From: Mustelus asterias
Lineage: Eukaryota
Assembly (NCBI RefSeq): GCF_964213995.1
Contig: NC_135809.1
Span: 109,430,001 to 109,494,000 of the forward strand
DNA length: 64,000 bases
Reading direction: 5' to 3'
Shown one piece after another: positions 22,817 to 35,297 of this stretch (positions are counted from its first letter, which is position 1; each line of letters opens with the position of its first letter). A model generated the notes under the pieces. That model worked only from the letters and a program-made list of their open reading frames with translations, ran no database searches and was not told the DNA's origin. The translations under genes were made by a program, and so were the position numbers.

Positions 22817-23145
22817 GGGCTTGTGGTGCAGTGGGTAGCGGCGTCTTTGCCTCTGAGCCAGAAGCTGTGGCTTCGAGTGACACCCAATTCTTGATGGCCA
22901 AGGAAGGTACATTTATAATATGATCAACAGGTTGAGTATCAACCTCCAAAATCCTTCCAATATGTGCCGCTAACAGGTGGTAAGGGCGGGAGAGACTCCT
23001 GTCAGCCGTGCTTGCGGAGTGGTGCTCCTCAAGCTATAAGCTGCTAGTGAACTATTCCCGGGGGGTGGGGGAGGACATCACTGTGGGAACAGATGAAAGT
23101 CTGCCTTGTTGTGCACCATTAGCTGAAGGAAGGGAAACAACAGCC
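22817..23145 (+). mobile_element. Old tRNA-derived SINE (non-HE1 family)
   Basis: A-box-like TGGTGCAGTGGG and B-box-like GCTTCGAGT at tRNA spacing, followed by a non-HE1 body. Confidence 0.5.
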
Positions 23146-23853
23146 TATGTTAACTCACTTTGGGGAATCATCTCAGGCTCACATGCTTGCTTAGGTCTAC
23201 ATGCCTTTGCTTCTTATCCTGGGGCAGAACTTCAATTCACACTGAGTGCCAAAATGAAAATAAAAATGCAGTGAGTAAAATACTATTTTCAATGAATTAA
23301 TTGTTCCAGGTGTTGAGATAGGCAAGCAATTTTTTTAAAAATGCCACTCATTTGCAGTTTGGGAAAGTACAACCCTGTAGGTACCTGCCACATCCTGTGG
23401 GTGGCAGTGTTGTATTGCAAAAAACACAAACCGAAAAACAGACCAAGATCCTGTTGTTGAAGTCAGAGGGCGGTTGGTTTGCTTGGGGGAGGAGATGAAA
23501 ATCCTTCAATGTTGACATAACACATGGAAAAGCCAGCCAAATTTCTGAGAAGTATCTCTCCTGTCTCCTTGACGAAGCTGTAGCAACAACAAAAGAGAGA
23601 GAATTAGCCAAAGTAAGCAAACAAACTGAAAGATTTGCTTCCACTGTCACTGGTGGGTACCCCACAGTAACGTCCTTCCAACCTCTTCTGGCATTTTCCA
23701 CCCCCAGAGAATGGGGCCTTGCATGACTTCCTGCAGACTTGTTCAATATGGGTTCAATCTCTGACACATATATGAGTTGAAACTCTTGCTGTAACAGTTA
23801 CCATCCATCATCTAGAGCAGTGGAAGTCATCCAAAAAGGATATAGAGTACAAA

Positions 23854-25016
23854 TAGTGACCATAACTCGGTAAGGTTCAAGGTAGTAATGGAAAAGGACA
23901 AAGATGGGAGGCAATAAAGGTTCTGAACTGGTGGAACGCCAATTGTAATCGGATAAAACAGGACCTGGCTAAAGTGGTCTGGGAACAACTACTTGTAGGA
24001 AAATCCACATCCACGGGTGGCACAGTGGTTAGCACTGCTGCCTATCAGCGCCAGGGACCTGGGCTTGATTCCTGGCTTGGGCCACTATCTGTGTGGAGTT
24101 TGCGCGTTCTCCCCGTGTCTGCGTGGGTTTCCACCGGGTTCTCCAGTTTCCTCCCACATTCTAAAAGACTAGTTAGGTGCATTGACCCGAACAGCTGCTG
24201 GACTGTGGCGACTAGGGGAATTTCACAGTAACTTAATTGCAGTGTTAATGTAAGTCTTACTTGTGACTAATAAATAAACTTTACTTTGTCAGAGCAGTAG
24301 AAGTCATCCAAAAAGGATATAGAGTACAAAGCCAATACATTCCTGTAAAGGGTGGAACCAATAAGTCCAGAGAACCCTGGATGTCAAGGGATATGAAAGA
24401 GAGAGAGGACTACAAACAGAAGCAGGAATGTACTGCTGAGGCTTTATAAGGTTCTGGTCAGACCACATTTAGAATATTGCGAGCAATTTTGGATCCTGTA
24501 TCTAAGGAAGGATGTGCTAGCCTTGGAGAGGGTCCAGTGGAGGTTCATGAGAATGATCCCTGGAATGAAGAGCTTGACATATAAGGAGCAATTGAGAACT
24601 CTGGGTCTGTACTCGATGGAATTTAGAACGATGAGGGGGATCTCACTGAAACTTACAGAATACTGAAAAGCCTGGATAGAGTGGACGTGGGGAAGATGTT
24701 TCCATTAGTAGGCGAGACTTGAATCCGAGGGCACAGTCCCAGAGTAAAGGGACGACTCTTTAGAACTGAGATGAGAAGAAATTTCTTCAGCCAGAAGGTG
24801 GTGAATCTATGGAATTCGTTGCCACAGAAGGCTGTGGAGGCCAGATCATTGAGCGCATTTAAGATAGGATAGATAGGTTCTTGATTGGTGAGGGGATCAA
24901 AGGTTACGGAGAAAAGGTTTGAGAATGGAGTTGAGAAACTTATCAGCCATGATTGAATGGCAGAACAGATTTGATGGGCCGAAAGGCCTAGTTCTGCTCC
25001 TATATCTAATGGTCTG
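23854..25016 (+). mobile_element. Old CR1 fragments (EN end plus 3' RT), interrupted by a SINE
   Basis: SDHNSVRFKVVMEKD and LVRPHLEYC motifs; CR1 tail. Confidence 0.8.
24015..24287 (+). mobile_element. HE1/V-type SINE (type-2 tail)
   Basis: Head, V-domain and TTCACAGTAACTT..AATAAATAAACTTT tail. Confidence 0.9.
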
Positions 25017-26425
25017 ATAGACCCCAACAATTTTTCTATTTTTTTCTATTACTTTTTCAGTCGGGCTTCATAACATACTTTGGTTTTCCTGCTCTGACAC
25101 CCTAACAATAGACAAACAATCTTTCACAGCATTGTTAAGATGGCCCCTCCAGAAAGCCAAACATCCCATTGATAGATGCACCTTATGAGATCTCTGTTAT
25201 CTATTTAGAGGAGCCAGCTATGTTTTTATAGTGGCTGAGCAGCATTCAGAACTTAGCTTCACCGAATCTACCAGTGCATTGCCTACCTCATCTCCTACTG
25301 TCCATGAAGACCCTTCCACCCAGGATGCCTTGCCTAAGTACATGTTACAGTCCACGGAGCATCACACCCCTGAAAAGCTGGTTCCATACTTTAGTCCCAG
25401 CTGAAAGCCTTCTTTAAAGGGCATCCCAGTGCACAATGGTTTACCAGAAAACCCCCTCCAGCACACCCCTCCCCTCACGCACCATCCCGGGCACTGCCCC
25501 CTGGAAGCAGTTGGGGAAGGGTTGGTGCAGAGTCTTGATATAGATGCTGCTCTGAAACTTCCAAGACACATTGGGATTGATGGATATATTGGTTGTGTGG
25601 TAAAGTCATCCAGACCATGGTGTCCGCTTTCTCCTCACCAGTAGAAATTGCATTTCCGACCATTAAAGCCAAGTGTTGTTTTTTATATTGACTCCGAAAT
25701 CCCTTACGTTTTAAAGGAATTTGCAGCCATAAAAGATGATTTTTGATTGTTGCTCAGTCGGATGGTGCATCGTCTGATTTGTTAGTTGTGTATTTGTGAA
25801 AATGAGCAGATGCATCACGTGCAGATTGCTTAAGCTTCCAAAAGTTACATTCAGGTATAACGAGTTTATTTCTGATTTTCAAGCCACAATACGTGTTTTC
25901 ATATGGGCATGTGGGAAAGGATCGTGATACACAGCTGTGCATTTGATAATGCTGTGTATAGTACGGCTGGCAAAATTGAAAGTTGGGTTATATTATGAGG
26001 AAAATGGGCACCATACCCATTTGTAAACAAGTTTTTACGTGTTGTGGGTAAGTGAGCAGTGGGAATGGCGTCTCTTTGGAAGAAGCTGCATTTATTACTT
26101 TTGAACTCTCCTAGCCCCCACTCAATGCCGGAATGCGGGTCTATCAGTTGTCAGCAGCTTGCAAAACTAGATGACATATTTTCTAATTGCAAAACATTGT
26201 TTCTCGACTTGCGGTCTACGCAATGTGTTACTTGTTCTGGCAGTATCGAACTCGCAATATTTACCAATTTGCATTCGCAGAAGAGGTAAACCGTTCGGAA
26301 AAGGCGGTTATTCAAGCAGGTATATTTTAACATGAGAAGAAGCTCTGATCAATTTGGCTTTGACCTTCGGGTGCCAGGGTGGGGCGCAAAAGTGAAGCTG
26401 AACACAGCCCTGCCAACTGTAACTC

Positions 26426-26464
26426 ATGATGTGGAGATGCCAGCGTTGGACTGGGGTGAACACA
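26426..26464 (-). mobile_element. PLE tail-only micro-insertion
   Basis: Reverse complement TGTGTTCACCCCAGTCCAACGCTGGCATCTCCACATCAT matches the unpaired tail of the hairpin elements; flanked by GTAACTC direct repeats. Confidence 0.75.
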
Positions 26465-26471
26465 GTAACTC

Positions 26472-27250
26472 TGCCACACTAAAGCAGAATTAGAATAACT
26501 AACATTCACAACAGGGAAACAGCTTCCGTTAGACTTAACACCACATTTCCACAAGGAAAACACTGATTTTCTGGATATCACAGTGTTCAGATTAGTACAT
26601 GAAATCGACAATCATAAACCAGCAGCTATAGTATTTTTCAAAGCAACTGACACACATTTCTACACAGAAAAAGCCACCACCCTAAACGCACCTCCCAGCA
26701 GCTCGTGTAGTCACAGCTGGTGTGATTCCATTGCGTATGCACAAAGATTGAAGACTTTAACCAGACATCTGCCAGCATTCTCACTGCACCAAGAGAGAGA
26801 GAAGATGCACCAAATGATTGCTCAGGCCTGTCAAGTATCACGAAGGAATTAGATGATCCGCAGCCAGGAAGCAGGGCCGCAGCAATGCTAATTAGTCATA
26901 AAAAGTTGCACAATGGCGTGTAAACACTTAAAATTCAGCAAGTGATACAAAACAGGAGCCTTAATAAACATAGACATGTAAACAATATAATGTTATCTAC
27001 ACTATCTGATGCTTGCAACGCCATGTTTTATATATATAGGACAAACAGACCTTTCTTTCAGGTCCAGAATTACCAGCGGAAATCAGTGCAATTAATAAAG
27101 GAAATTAAGACAAAGCCTTTGTCAGGCATTTCATGCACTATGGGAGATTCTGGTGCTTGAAGCCAATAGGAACCAGACAACATCACTAAACAAAAGGAGA
27201 GTGAGAGCCAGTGGTTGCAAATTTAGAAACCCAGTTACCAAACGGCACTC
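26472..27250 (+). mobile_element. Degenerate Penelope-like RT thumb / GIY-YIG fragment
   Basis: ENTDFLDITV...VFFKATDTHFY...SHSWCDSIAYAQRL resembles PLE FLD..YRKPTD..SHP..SIPYSQ; CNAMFYIYRTNRPF resembles C..FYIG.T.R. Confidence 0.55.
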
Positions 27251-27256
27251 ATTGAT

Positions 27257-28246
27257 TTTCAAGTTTGCTGATGACATAGTGGGTCGGGTCTCAAACAATG
27301 ATGAGACAGAGTACAGGAATAAAATAGAGAATCTGGTGAACTGGTGCGATGACAATAATCCATCCCTCAATGTCAACAAATCGAAGGAGATAGCCATCGA
27401 CTTCAGGAAGCATAGTGGAGGACATGCCTCTGTCTATATCAATGGGGACGAAGTAGAAATGGTCGAGAGATTCAAGTTTTTAGTTGTCCAGATCACCAAA
27501 AACCTATCCTGGTTCCCCCCATGCCGACACTATAATTAAGAAAGCCCACCGACACCTCTACTTTCTCAGAAGACTAAGGAAATTTGGCATGTCAGCTATG
27601 ACTCTGACCAACCTTTACAGATACACAATAGAAAGCATTCTTTCTGGATGTATCACAGCTTGATCTGACCAAGAACGCAAGGAACTACAAAAGATCGTGA
27701 ATGTAGCCCAATCCATCACGCAAAGAAGCCTCCCATCCATTGACTCTGTCTACCCTTCCCGCTGCCTCGGAAAAGCAGCCAGCATAATTGAGGACCCCAC
27801 GTACCCCGGACATTCTCTCTTCCACCTTCTTCCAAAAGGAAAAAGATAAAAAAGTCTGAGCTCACAATCCAACCGACCCAAGAACAGTTTCTTCCCTGCT
27901 GCCGTCAGACTTTGTTTGTTACCAAATATTAACCATATTAAAGAAGCTATTTTCCAATTTACCGCAATCAACCTGGCATCTCTAAAAATGCACATCTGAT
28001 GTTCAGCCATCATGTTCCAAAGCATTTCAGTTAAAATGCGTTTTTAAAACAATCATTTAAAAACAAGGTCCCATCAAGAATTCATGGCTCTCCTTCGCAC
28101 TAAGTTGACCTTTCTCTACACCGTAGCTATGACTGTAACACTACATTCTGCACTCTCTCCTTTCCTTCACTATGAATGGTATGCTTTGTCTCCACAACGC
28201 ACAAGAAACAATATTTTCCACAGTATGCTAATGCATGTGACAATAT
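27257..28246 (+). mobile_element. Rex1/Babar LINE 3' fragment
   Basis: FKFADD..VGRVSNNDETEYR..IENLVNWC..NNPSLNVNKSKE..IDFRK; tail ...CATGTGACAATA. Confidence 0.85.
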
Positions 28247-28354
28247 TTGATTTCCTTCTTTTCTTTCTTCTACTCAAATACAAAGGAGGAGATATCTTGT
28301 TCAGACCCAAAATTAAAAACAAAGTGCCCAAAATCTGCTGCGTGAAATGATGCC

Positions 28355-28514
28355 TAACCCTAAACCCCTATCCTAAATGCAACTGCCACAGATATCCCAA
28401 AGTTGATACAAAACCTAAACTAACACATTAACCCTAATGTTTACTCACTCCTCACAATACTAACCCCAGATACCAACCCATAATACTAAACCCTTAAGAT
28501 GTGTGTGTGTGTGC
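28355..28514 (+). repeat. Degenerate (TAACCC)n-like tract followed by (TG)n
   Basis: CCTAACCCTAAACCCCTA, TAACCCTAA, TAACCCC; TG dinucleotide run at ~28500. Confidence 0.55.
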
Positions 28515-28719
28515 GTGGCCATTTGGAAACCTTAAAAGGAACAGGCAATGCAATAGATAGGCCACACTTACCAAAGAGAAATTAATAGGGAACATACGTC
28601 CACATCCTAGTCTTAACGCTGTAGGTTCTTTATCTTTGGGTATATGTCTGATTACCACACATTCACGAAATGAAAATGAAGTGAAAATGCAGAAGATAAA
28701 ATTTTAAACTAGATGCAAT

Positions 28720-29320
28720 GGTCTGGATTTTGCTGGGAGGTTTGATGGTAGACTGTCAACAATCGCCATCCACATCCCTCTGAAACTGACTGTAACTTCA
28801 CTATTTGATTCATTGACATTTAACGCAGGAATCCTGAAGTTCCACTCCTGTCATTCGCTGCTCCATCACAGGCTGTGCTGTGTACTCCCCCTCCCCCTTC
28901 TCCTCCCACTCTCCTGCCAAACCAGCAACCAGTCGGGTGTAACTGGATTTTTAATGGCAATGCAAAAAATAATGAATGTTGAAAACCAGAATTTTATAAT
29001 TGTGGAGTGTCGATAAATGTCCTCGTTATGATTACTATGTTTTGAAACTACATTTTTAAAATCATAATTTTGAAAGAGCGTTTTGCATGTTACTTCACCT
29101 TCCACTGTCACCCCATGTCAATGATGCAAGCTTTATTTTGCATTCAGTAACTTTTTTTTAAATAAAGAAATTTGATTTTAGTACCTTTCATTTCCTGATT
29201 GGTTGTCTGTGAGAATTGTTTGATGTGATTGGCTGCTTGGACAACTTGCTGGCAGTCCTGAACTCCCCATTAATCTACGCTACATCCCACTGCATGGCAA
29301 GGCCATGTAAAATCCAGCTA
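28720..29320. mobile_element. Probable non-autonomous DNA transposon (Harbinger-like)
   Basis: Ends GGTCTGGATTTT ... AAAATCCAGCT resemble the other MITE termini. Confidence 0.4.
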
Positions 29321-29409
29321 GGACGATCACTGGATCTCTCAGCATAGCTTTCTTTGAGGCCAGTGGTCCTTGCTCCTCTGCAGACCACAAACAATCCAAA
29401 TCCAAATCA

Positions 29410-29845
29410 AATCTCTCTCTTCTCGCGCTCCCCCCCCATTCTCTCCTCCCCTCTCTTTTCTCCCCACCTTTCTCTCTCTTCTCCCCCTCTCTCTCTTCTT
29501 CCCCTCTTCCCCTCTCTCTTGCTTCTCCCCACCTCTCTCTCTCTTCACCCCCTCTCTCTCCTCTCCCCCTCGCTCTCTCTCTCTTCTCCCCTCTCTCTCT
29601 TTCTCTCTTTCTCTCTTATCCCCCCCTCTCTCTCTCTTCTCCCCTCTCTCTCTTTCTCTCTCTCTCTCTTATCCCCCCTCTCTCTCTTCTCCCCCTCTCT
29701 CTCCTCTCCCCCTCGCTCTCTCTCTCTCTTCTCCCCTCTCTCTCTTTCTCTCTCTCTCTCTTATCCCCCCCTCTCTCTCTCTTCTCCCCTCTCTCTCTTT
29801 CTCTCTCTCTCTCTTATCCCCCCTCTCTCTCTTCTCCCCCTCTCT
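29410..29845. repeat. CT-rich simple repeat
   Basis: Near-pure pyrimidine tract with repeated CTCTCTCTTCTCCCC and CTTATCCCCCC units. Confidence 0.95.
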
Positions 29846-29846
29846 A

Positions 29847-30159
29847 GGGTGGCACAGTGGTTAGCATTGCTGCCTCACAGAGCCAGGGCCCCGGTTCGGT
29901 TCCCAGCTTGGGTCACTGTCTGTACGGAGTCTGCACGTTCTCCCCATGTCTGCATGGGTTTCCTCCGGGTGCTCCAGTTTCCTCCCAACAGTCCGAAAGA
30001 CGCGCTGGTTCGGTGCATTGACCATGCTAAATTCTCCCTCAGTGTACCCGAACAGACGCCGGAGAGTGGTGACTAGGGGATTTTCACAGTAACTTCATTG
30101 CAGTGTTAATGTAAGCCTACTTGTGACACTTAAAAATACACTTTAAACTTTAAAACTTT
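29847..30159 (+). mobile_element. HE1/V-type SINE (type-2 tail)
   Basis: Head, V-domain and tail present. Confidence 0.9.
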
Positions 30160-30499
30160 ATGTGGCCCCTGAGCTGCAAGTTGTCCACCATTACTTTAAG
30201 TAAAGGTTGGAGGTGAGGGAAGAATAGCACTGGAGCATATGTTCAGCTGTATGAGGTTAACAATGGAGGATGCAGGTTAAAGCCTGTTGCTCTAGTGGAT
30301 TCAAATAAAGAAAAAATATTGACTTATTTTAGTAGATGTAGAGGTGGTGTGGCAATTAAATTGGTTGGAGAGAGAGGACCTCTGACAAAACACTAGCCCT
30401 ATTATCAACAGCTGGAATTTCCCTCCCATAACCCTGCTGTGATCCTGGGGGATCTTCAGGATTTTGAGAGAAGGCTGGGACTCGGGAGGCTACATGACC

Positions 30500-31630
30500 T
30501 AGAGTCATAGAGGTTTACAGCATAGAAACAGGCCCTTTGGTCCAACTTGTCCATGCCGCCCTTTTTTTTTTAAAACCCCAAAGCTAATCCCAATTGCCCG
30601 CATTTGGCCCATATCCCTCTATACCCATCGTACCCATGTAACTATCTAAATACTTTTTAAAAGACAAAATTGTACCCGCCTCTATTACTACCTCTGGCAG
30701 CTTGTTCCAGACACTCGCCACCCTCTGTGTGAAAAAATTGCCCCTCTGGACACTTTTGTATCTCTCCCCTCTCACCTTAAACCTATGCCCTCTAGTTTTG
30801 GACTCCCCTACCTTTGGGAAAAGATATTGACTATCTAGCTGATCTGTGCCCCTCATTATTTTATAGACCTCTATAAGATCACCCCTCAGCCTCCTACGCT
30901 CCAGAGAAAAAAGTCCCGGTCTATCCAGCCTCTCAATCCAACAAGTCCCGGTAGCATTTTGGTAAATCTTTTCTGCACTCTTTCTAGTTTAAAAATATCC
31001 TTTCTATAATAGGGTGACCAGAATTGCACACAGTATTCCAAGTGTGGCCTTACCAATGTCTTGTACAACTTCAACAAGACATTCCAACTCCTGTGTTCAA
31101 TGTTCTGACCGATGAAACCAAGCATGCCAAATGCCTTCTTCACCACTCTGTCCACCTGTGACTCCATTTTCAAGGAACTATGAACATGTACTCCTAGATC
31201 TCTTTGTTCTGTAACTCTCCCCAACGCTCTACCATTAACTGAGTAAGTCCTGCCCTGGTTCAATCTACCAAAATACATCACCTCGCATTTGTCTAAATTA
31301 AACTCCATCTGCCATTCGTCAGCCCACTGGCCCAATTGATCAAGATCCCGTTGCAATTAGAGATAACTTTCTTCACTGTCCACTATGCCACCAATCTTAG
31401 TGTCATCTGCAAACTTACTAACCATGCCTCCTATATTCTCATCCAAATCATTAATATAAATGACAAATAACAGTGGGCCCAGCACTGATCCCTGAGGCAC
31501 ACTGCGGGTCACAGGCCTCCAGTTTGAAAAACAATTCTCTGCAACCACCCTCTGGCTTCTGTCAAGAAGCCAATTTTGTATCCATTTAGATGCCTCACCC
31601 TGGATCCCGTGAGATTTAACCTTGTGCAAC
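30500..31630 (-). mobile_element. CR1 LINE, 5'-truncated
   Basis: ORFs 31357-31629, 30886-31356 and 30584-30856; same subfamily as 8286-9711. Confidence 0.95.
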
Positions 31631-32684
31631 CTGCTGAGTATGTCCAGGATTTTCAGGTTTTTTTAATTTAGAATTTCCGACATAGGTGTTTTGCCTTTAC
31701 AGTAGCTTGTACAAGGGCTATTCTGTGTATTGTAAATATTCCAGAATGGATGGAGAGCTTTCGGCCCATCATTTCCAAACCAGCTCTGTGCTAGAACAAT
31801 CCCCGATTGGTTCCCCTATCCCTGCTTTCTCTTCTCAATCCTTTACCATCCCCTAATTGAAACATTTATCCAGTTTTCCCTCGCGAAATGCAATGGTCTT
31901 TACTTCAACCATTTGCCGTGGCAAAACCTTTGGGGCTCCAACAAGCTTTTATATGCAGATGTTGTCTCCAAATTCATGACTTCTTGTCACCGACTCCCTG
32001 ATCCGGGGAACATTAATTTCCCCAATTCCAGTTATCAACCTTGAAACAAGTAAATGGCGCTTAGAATAAAGCAGTCTCACATTTTTCATTGGCAAAACAC
32101 GGATTTTTTTCGAGGAAAGGATAAAAGTGGATACCAAAATTACACTTGATGCAAAATATTCCCGTGCAGGAGAACATAACCACTTCAGTAATCTGACTTC
32201 ACTCAGAAAAATGCAACCATTCATCGTGGCTTTCCTTCCTCTCCCTTCAGTTTTTGCAAGAGGCTCACTATAAGCAGCCACCCCTTGGTGTGGTTCACTA
32301 ATGCCACATCAATTAACCCTCAGATGAGTTCTTAGAAAAAAACCTTCTTTCAATAAAACAGAGACTGCGCCTCATTAAGGATTTCTAGACATAAAATGAC
32401 TCTCAAAGAAAAGATAATTTCTAATCATTATTGGCCTGGATTAAAGTGGACCAGAGGAGTGTCTTCTGTTATTTCATTTCTATGACTGAATCCTAGTGAA
32501 TTATAGACCATTGCTCAAGTTTCAATAACCCGTAGGTTTTTTGATCTATTCTTGCTACTTATTATTGTTCTTTGCACATAGGATGATGTTTCGTTAATAG
32601 AAACATAGGAGGGATAGAGGGAAGCCATTTTGTTCATTGTGCCTGTGTCAGCCTGAAAAGAGCTATCCAGCCCAATCCCACTTT

Positions 32685-33450
32685 GATTTGAATTGATTTA
32701 TTATTGACACATGTATTGGAATACAGTGAAAAGTATTGTTTCTTGCACGTTATACAGGCAAAACATACTGTTCATAGAGCACATAGAGGACAAGGAAAGG
32801 ATAGGGTGCAGAATATAGTCTTGCAGTTACAGATAGGGTGAAGAGAAAGATCAGCTTAATATATGATAGGTCCATTCAAAAGTTTAAAGTTTATTTATTA
32901 GTGTCACAAGTAGGCTTATATTAACACTGCAATGAAGTTACTGTGAAAATCCCCCAGTCGCCACACTCCGGAACCTGTTCGGGTACACTGAGGGAGAACT
33001 TAGAATGGCCATTGCATCTAACCAGCACGTCTTTTGGACAGTGGAAGAAAACTGGAGCACCTGGAGGAAACCCACGCAGACATGGGGAGACCGTGCAGAC
33101 TCCACATAGACAGTGAACCAAGCCGGGAATCTAACTGGGATTCCTAGTATTGTGAGGTAGCAGTGCTAACCATTGTGTCACCGTGCCACCCTGGTGGCAG
33201 TCTGATGGAGTTGGGAAGAAGCTGTTCTTGAATCGGTTGGTACGTGTTCTCAGACTTTTGTATCTTTTTCCCAATGGAAGAAAGTGGAAGAGAGTATGTC
33301 CGGGGTGCATAGGGTCCTTAATTATACTGGCTATTCTTCTGAGGTGTCATGATTGATTGAGTCAATGGATGGGAGACTGGTTTGCGTGATGGACTGGGCC
33401 ACATTCACAACAATTTGTAGTTCCTTGGGGACTTGGTCAGAGCAGGAGCC
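32685..33450 (-). mobile_element. Rex1 LINE 3' fragment, interrupted by a SINE
   Basis: Reverse complement matches 27660-28246. Confidence 0.75.
32879..33191 (-). mobile_element. HE1/V-type SINE (type-2 tail)
   Basis: Full length on the minus strand. Confidence 0.9.
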
Positions 33451-33499
33451 ACTTTCTACCATCTGTAAGGTTAGTTTTACAGAACTAAAATCTGTAAGG

Positions 33500-35297
33500 T
33501 TTTAGTTGCGATGAAGCACCACCAGCCTTTCAGTCAGAGAATTCCAGGCCCTCACCATGAAAAATGTCCCCCTCAATTTCCCTTTAATCTTGTTACAAAT
33601 TACTTTAAACCTATGCTCCGTGGTTATTGACCTCTCTGCAAAGGGAAGTAATCCTCCCTATACATTCAATCAAGGCCCCTTGTAATTTTATCATAAAATG
33701 TGCAAACTCCACAAAGACAGTGACCCGAGGCCGGAATTGAGCCTGGGTCCTGGGCGCTGTGAGGCAGCAGTAATAACCACTGTGCCACCGTACCGCCCAT
33801 TTATTAGTTCAATTAAATCTCCCCTTAGCCGAAGAACACAATTCCATCTATCCAATCTTTCCTCCAAGTTAAAATTCTTAATTTCTTGCCACATCCTGGT
33901 AAATCTTCTCTGTAGACTCTCTGGTGCGATCATATTCTTCCTGTATGCTGTACTCAAGCTGCGGTCTAACTAGTGTGCTGTATTCAAACATAACTTTATT
34001 GCACTAATTTCAACTAATTCAACTAATATCGGAAAGCATCCCATAAGCCTTCTGATCCCACCTTATCGACCTATCCTTCAGGTAGCACACACTAAGGTCC
34101 CTCTGATCCTCTACACCTATCAATGCACACAATGAAATAGGATCAGAACTAGGTCATTTGGCCCCTTGACCCTGCTTCTCCATTCATTAAGATCAAGACT
34201 GGAATTCTCTGATCTTACATGCCCCTCTACCTCTGCCAGCGAGAATGGAGAATTTGGCACTCATCCAAAACTCTGTTCCCAGCAGCACGACTGGATAATC
34301 CCAGCCGCTGGCGAGGTCGGACAATTCTGGCCCATGACTGATCCATTTATATTTCTGATTCTGCATTCCCATCCACCCCCAATAACCTTTGATTTCCTTG
34401 CCTAACAAGAATCTATCTACCTCTGCCTTAAAAATATTCAATGAGCCCACCTCCACCGCCTTCTGAGGCAGAGAGTTCCAAAGTCACACAACCCTCGGAG
34501 AGAAAATAATTCTCCTCATCTCTGTCCTAAAAGGGCAACCTCTAATTTTGAAACAGTGCCTCCTGATTCTGGACCTACACACAAAAGGAAACAACCTTTC
34601 CATGAGCACCTTGTCAAGACCATTCAGGATCTTATACACTTCAATCAAGTCACCCTTCACTCTTCTAAACTCCAGTGGAAACAAACCCAACCTGTCCAAC
34701 CTATCCTCATAAGACAACCCATTCATTCCAGGTATCGGTCTGATGAACTATCCTACATGTATTGTTTATTTCCATGTCTTGTTTGTTCTCCCCAAATATC
34801 TTACCTCACATTTCTGCTGATTGAGTTCCATGATCACTTTTCTGCCCACTTGAACAGTCCATTGATATCTTCCCATAGTCTTCAGCATCTGTCCTCACTA
34901 TCAACCACACACTTATCATCTGAAAACATCTTAAGACCATAAGACAAAGAAGCAGAATTAGGCTATTCAGCCCATCGAGTCTGCTCCGCCATTCAATCAT
35001 GGCTGATATTTTTCTCATCTCCATTCTCCTGCCTTCTTCCCATACCCTTGATTCTCTCCTTGATCAAGAACCTATCTATTTCTCTCTTAAAGACACACAA
35101 TGACTTGGCCTCCACAGCCTTCTGAGGCAATGAGTTCCACAAATTCACCACCCTCTGGTTAAAGAAATTCCTCCTCATCTCAGTTTTAAATGAGCGTCCC
35201 TTCACTTGAGGTTGTGCCCTCGTGTTCTAGCCTCTCCCACTAGTGGAAATATCCGCTCCATGGATATTTAGGCCTCTCAGTATTCTGTGAGTTTCAA
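33500..35297 (-). mobile_element. Nested old CR1 3' fragments, with a SINE head (33697-33798) and a MITE piece (~34198-34333)
   Basis: Minus-strand ORFs 34484-34726 and 34993-35205 with GDLIEVYKI and RNFFNQRVVNLWNSLP. Confidence 0.75.

Noticed and set aside
23500-23617. Possible exon (..KYLSCLLDEAVATTKERELAK|gtaagc)
   Set aside because: There is an in-frame stop just upstream with no suitable acceptor and no recognisable family; it may be a transposase relic.
29354-30076. 240-aa and 164-aa Ser/Leu/Pro-rich ORFs
   Set aside because: They are translations of a CT simple repeat plus a SINE.
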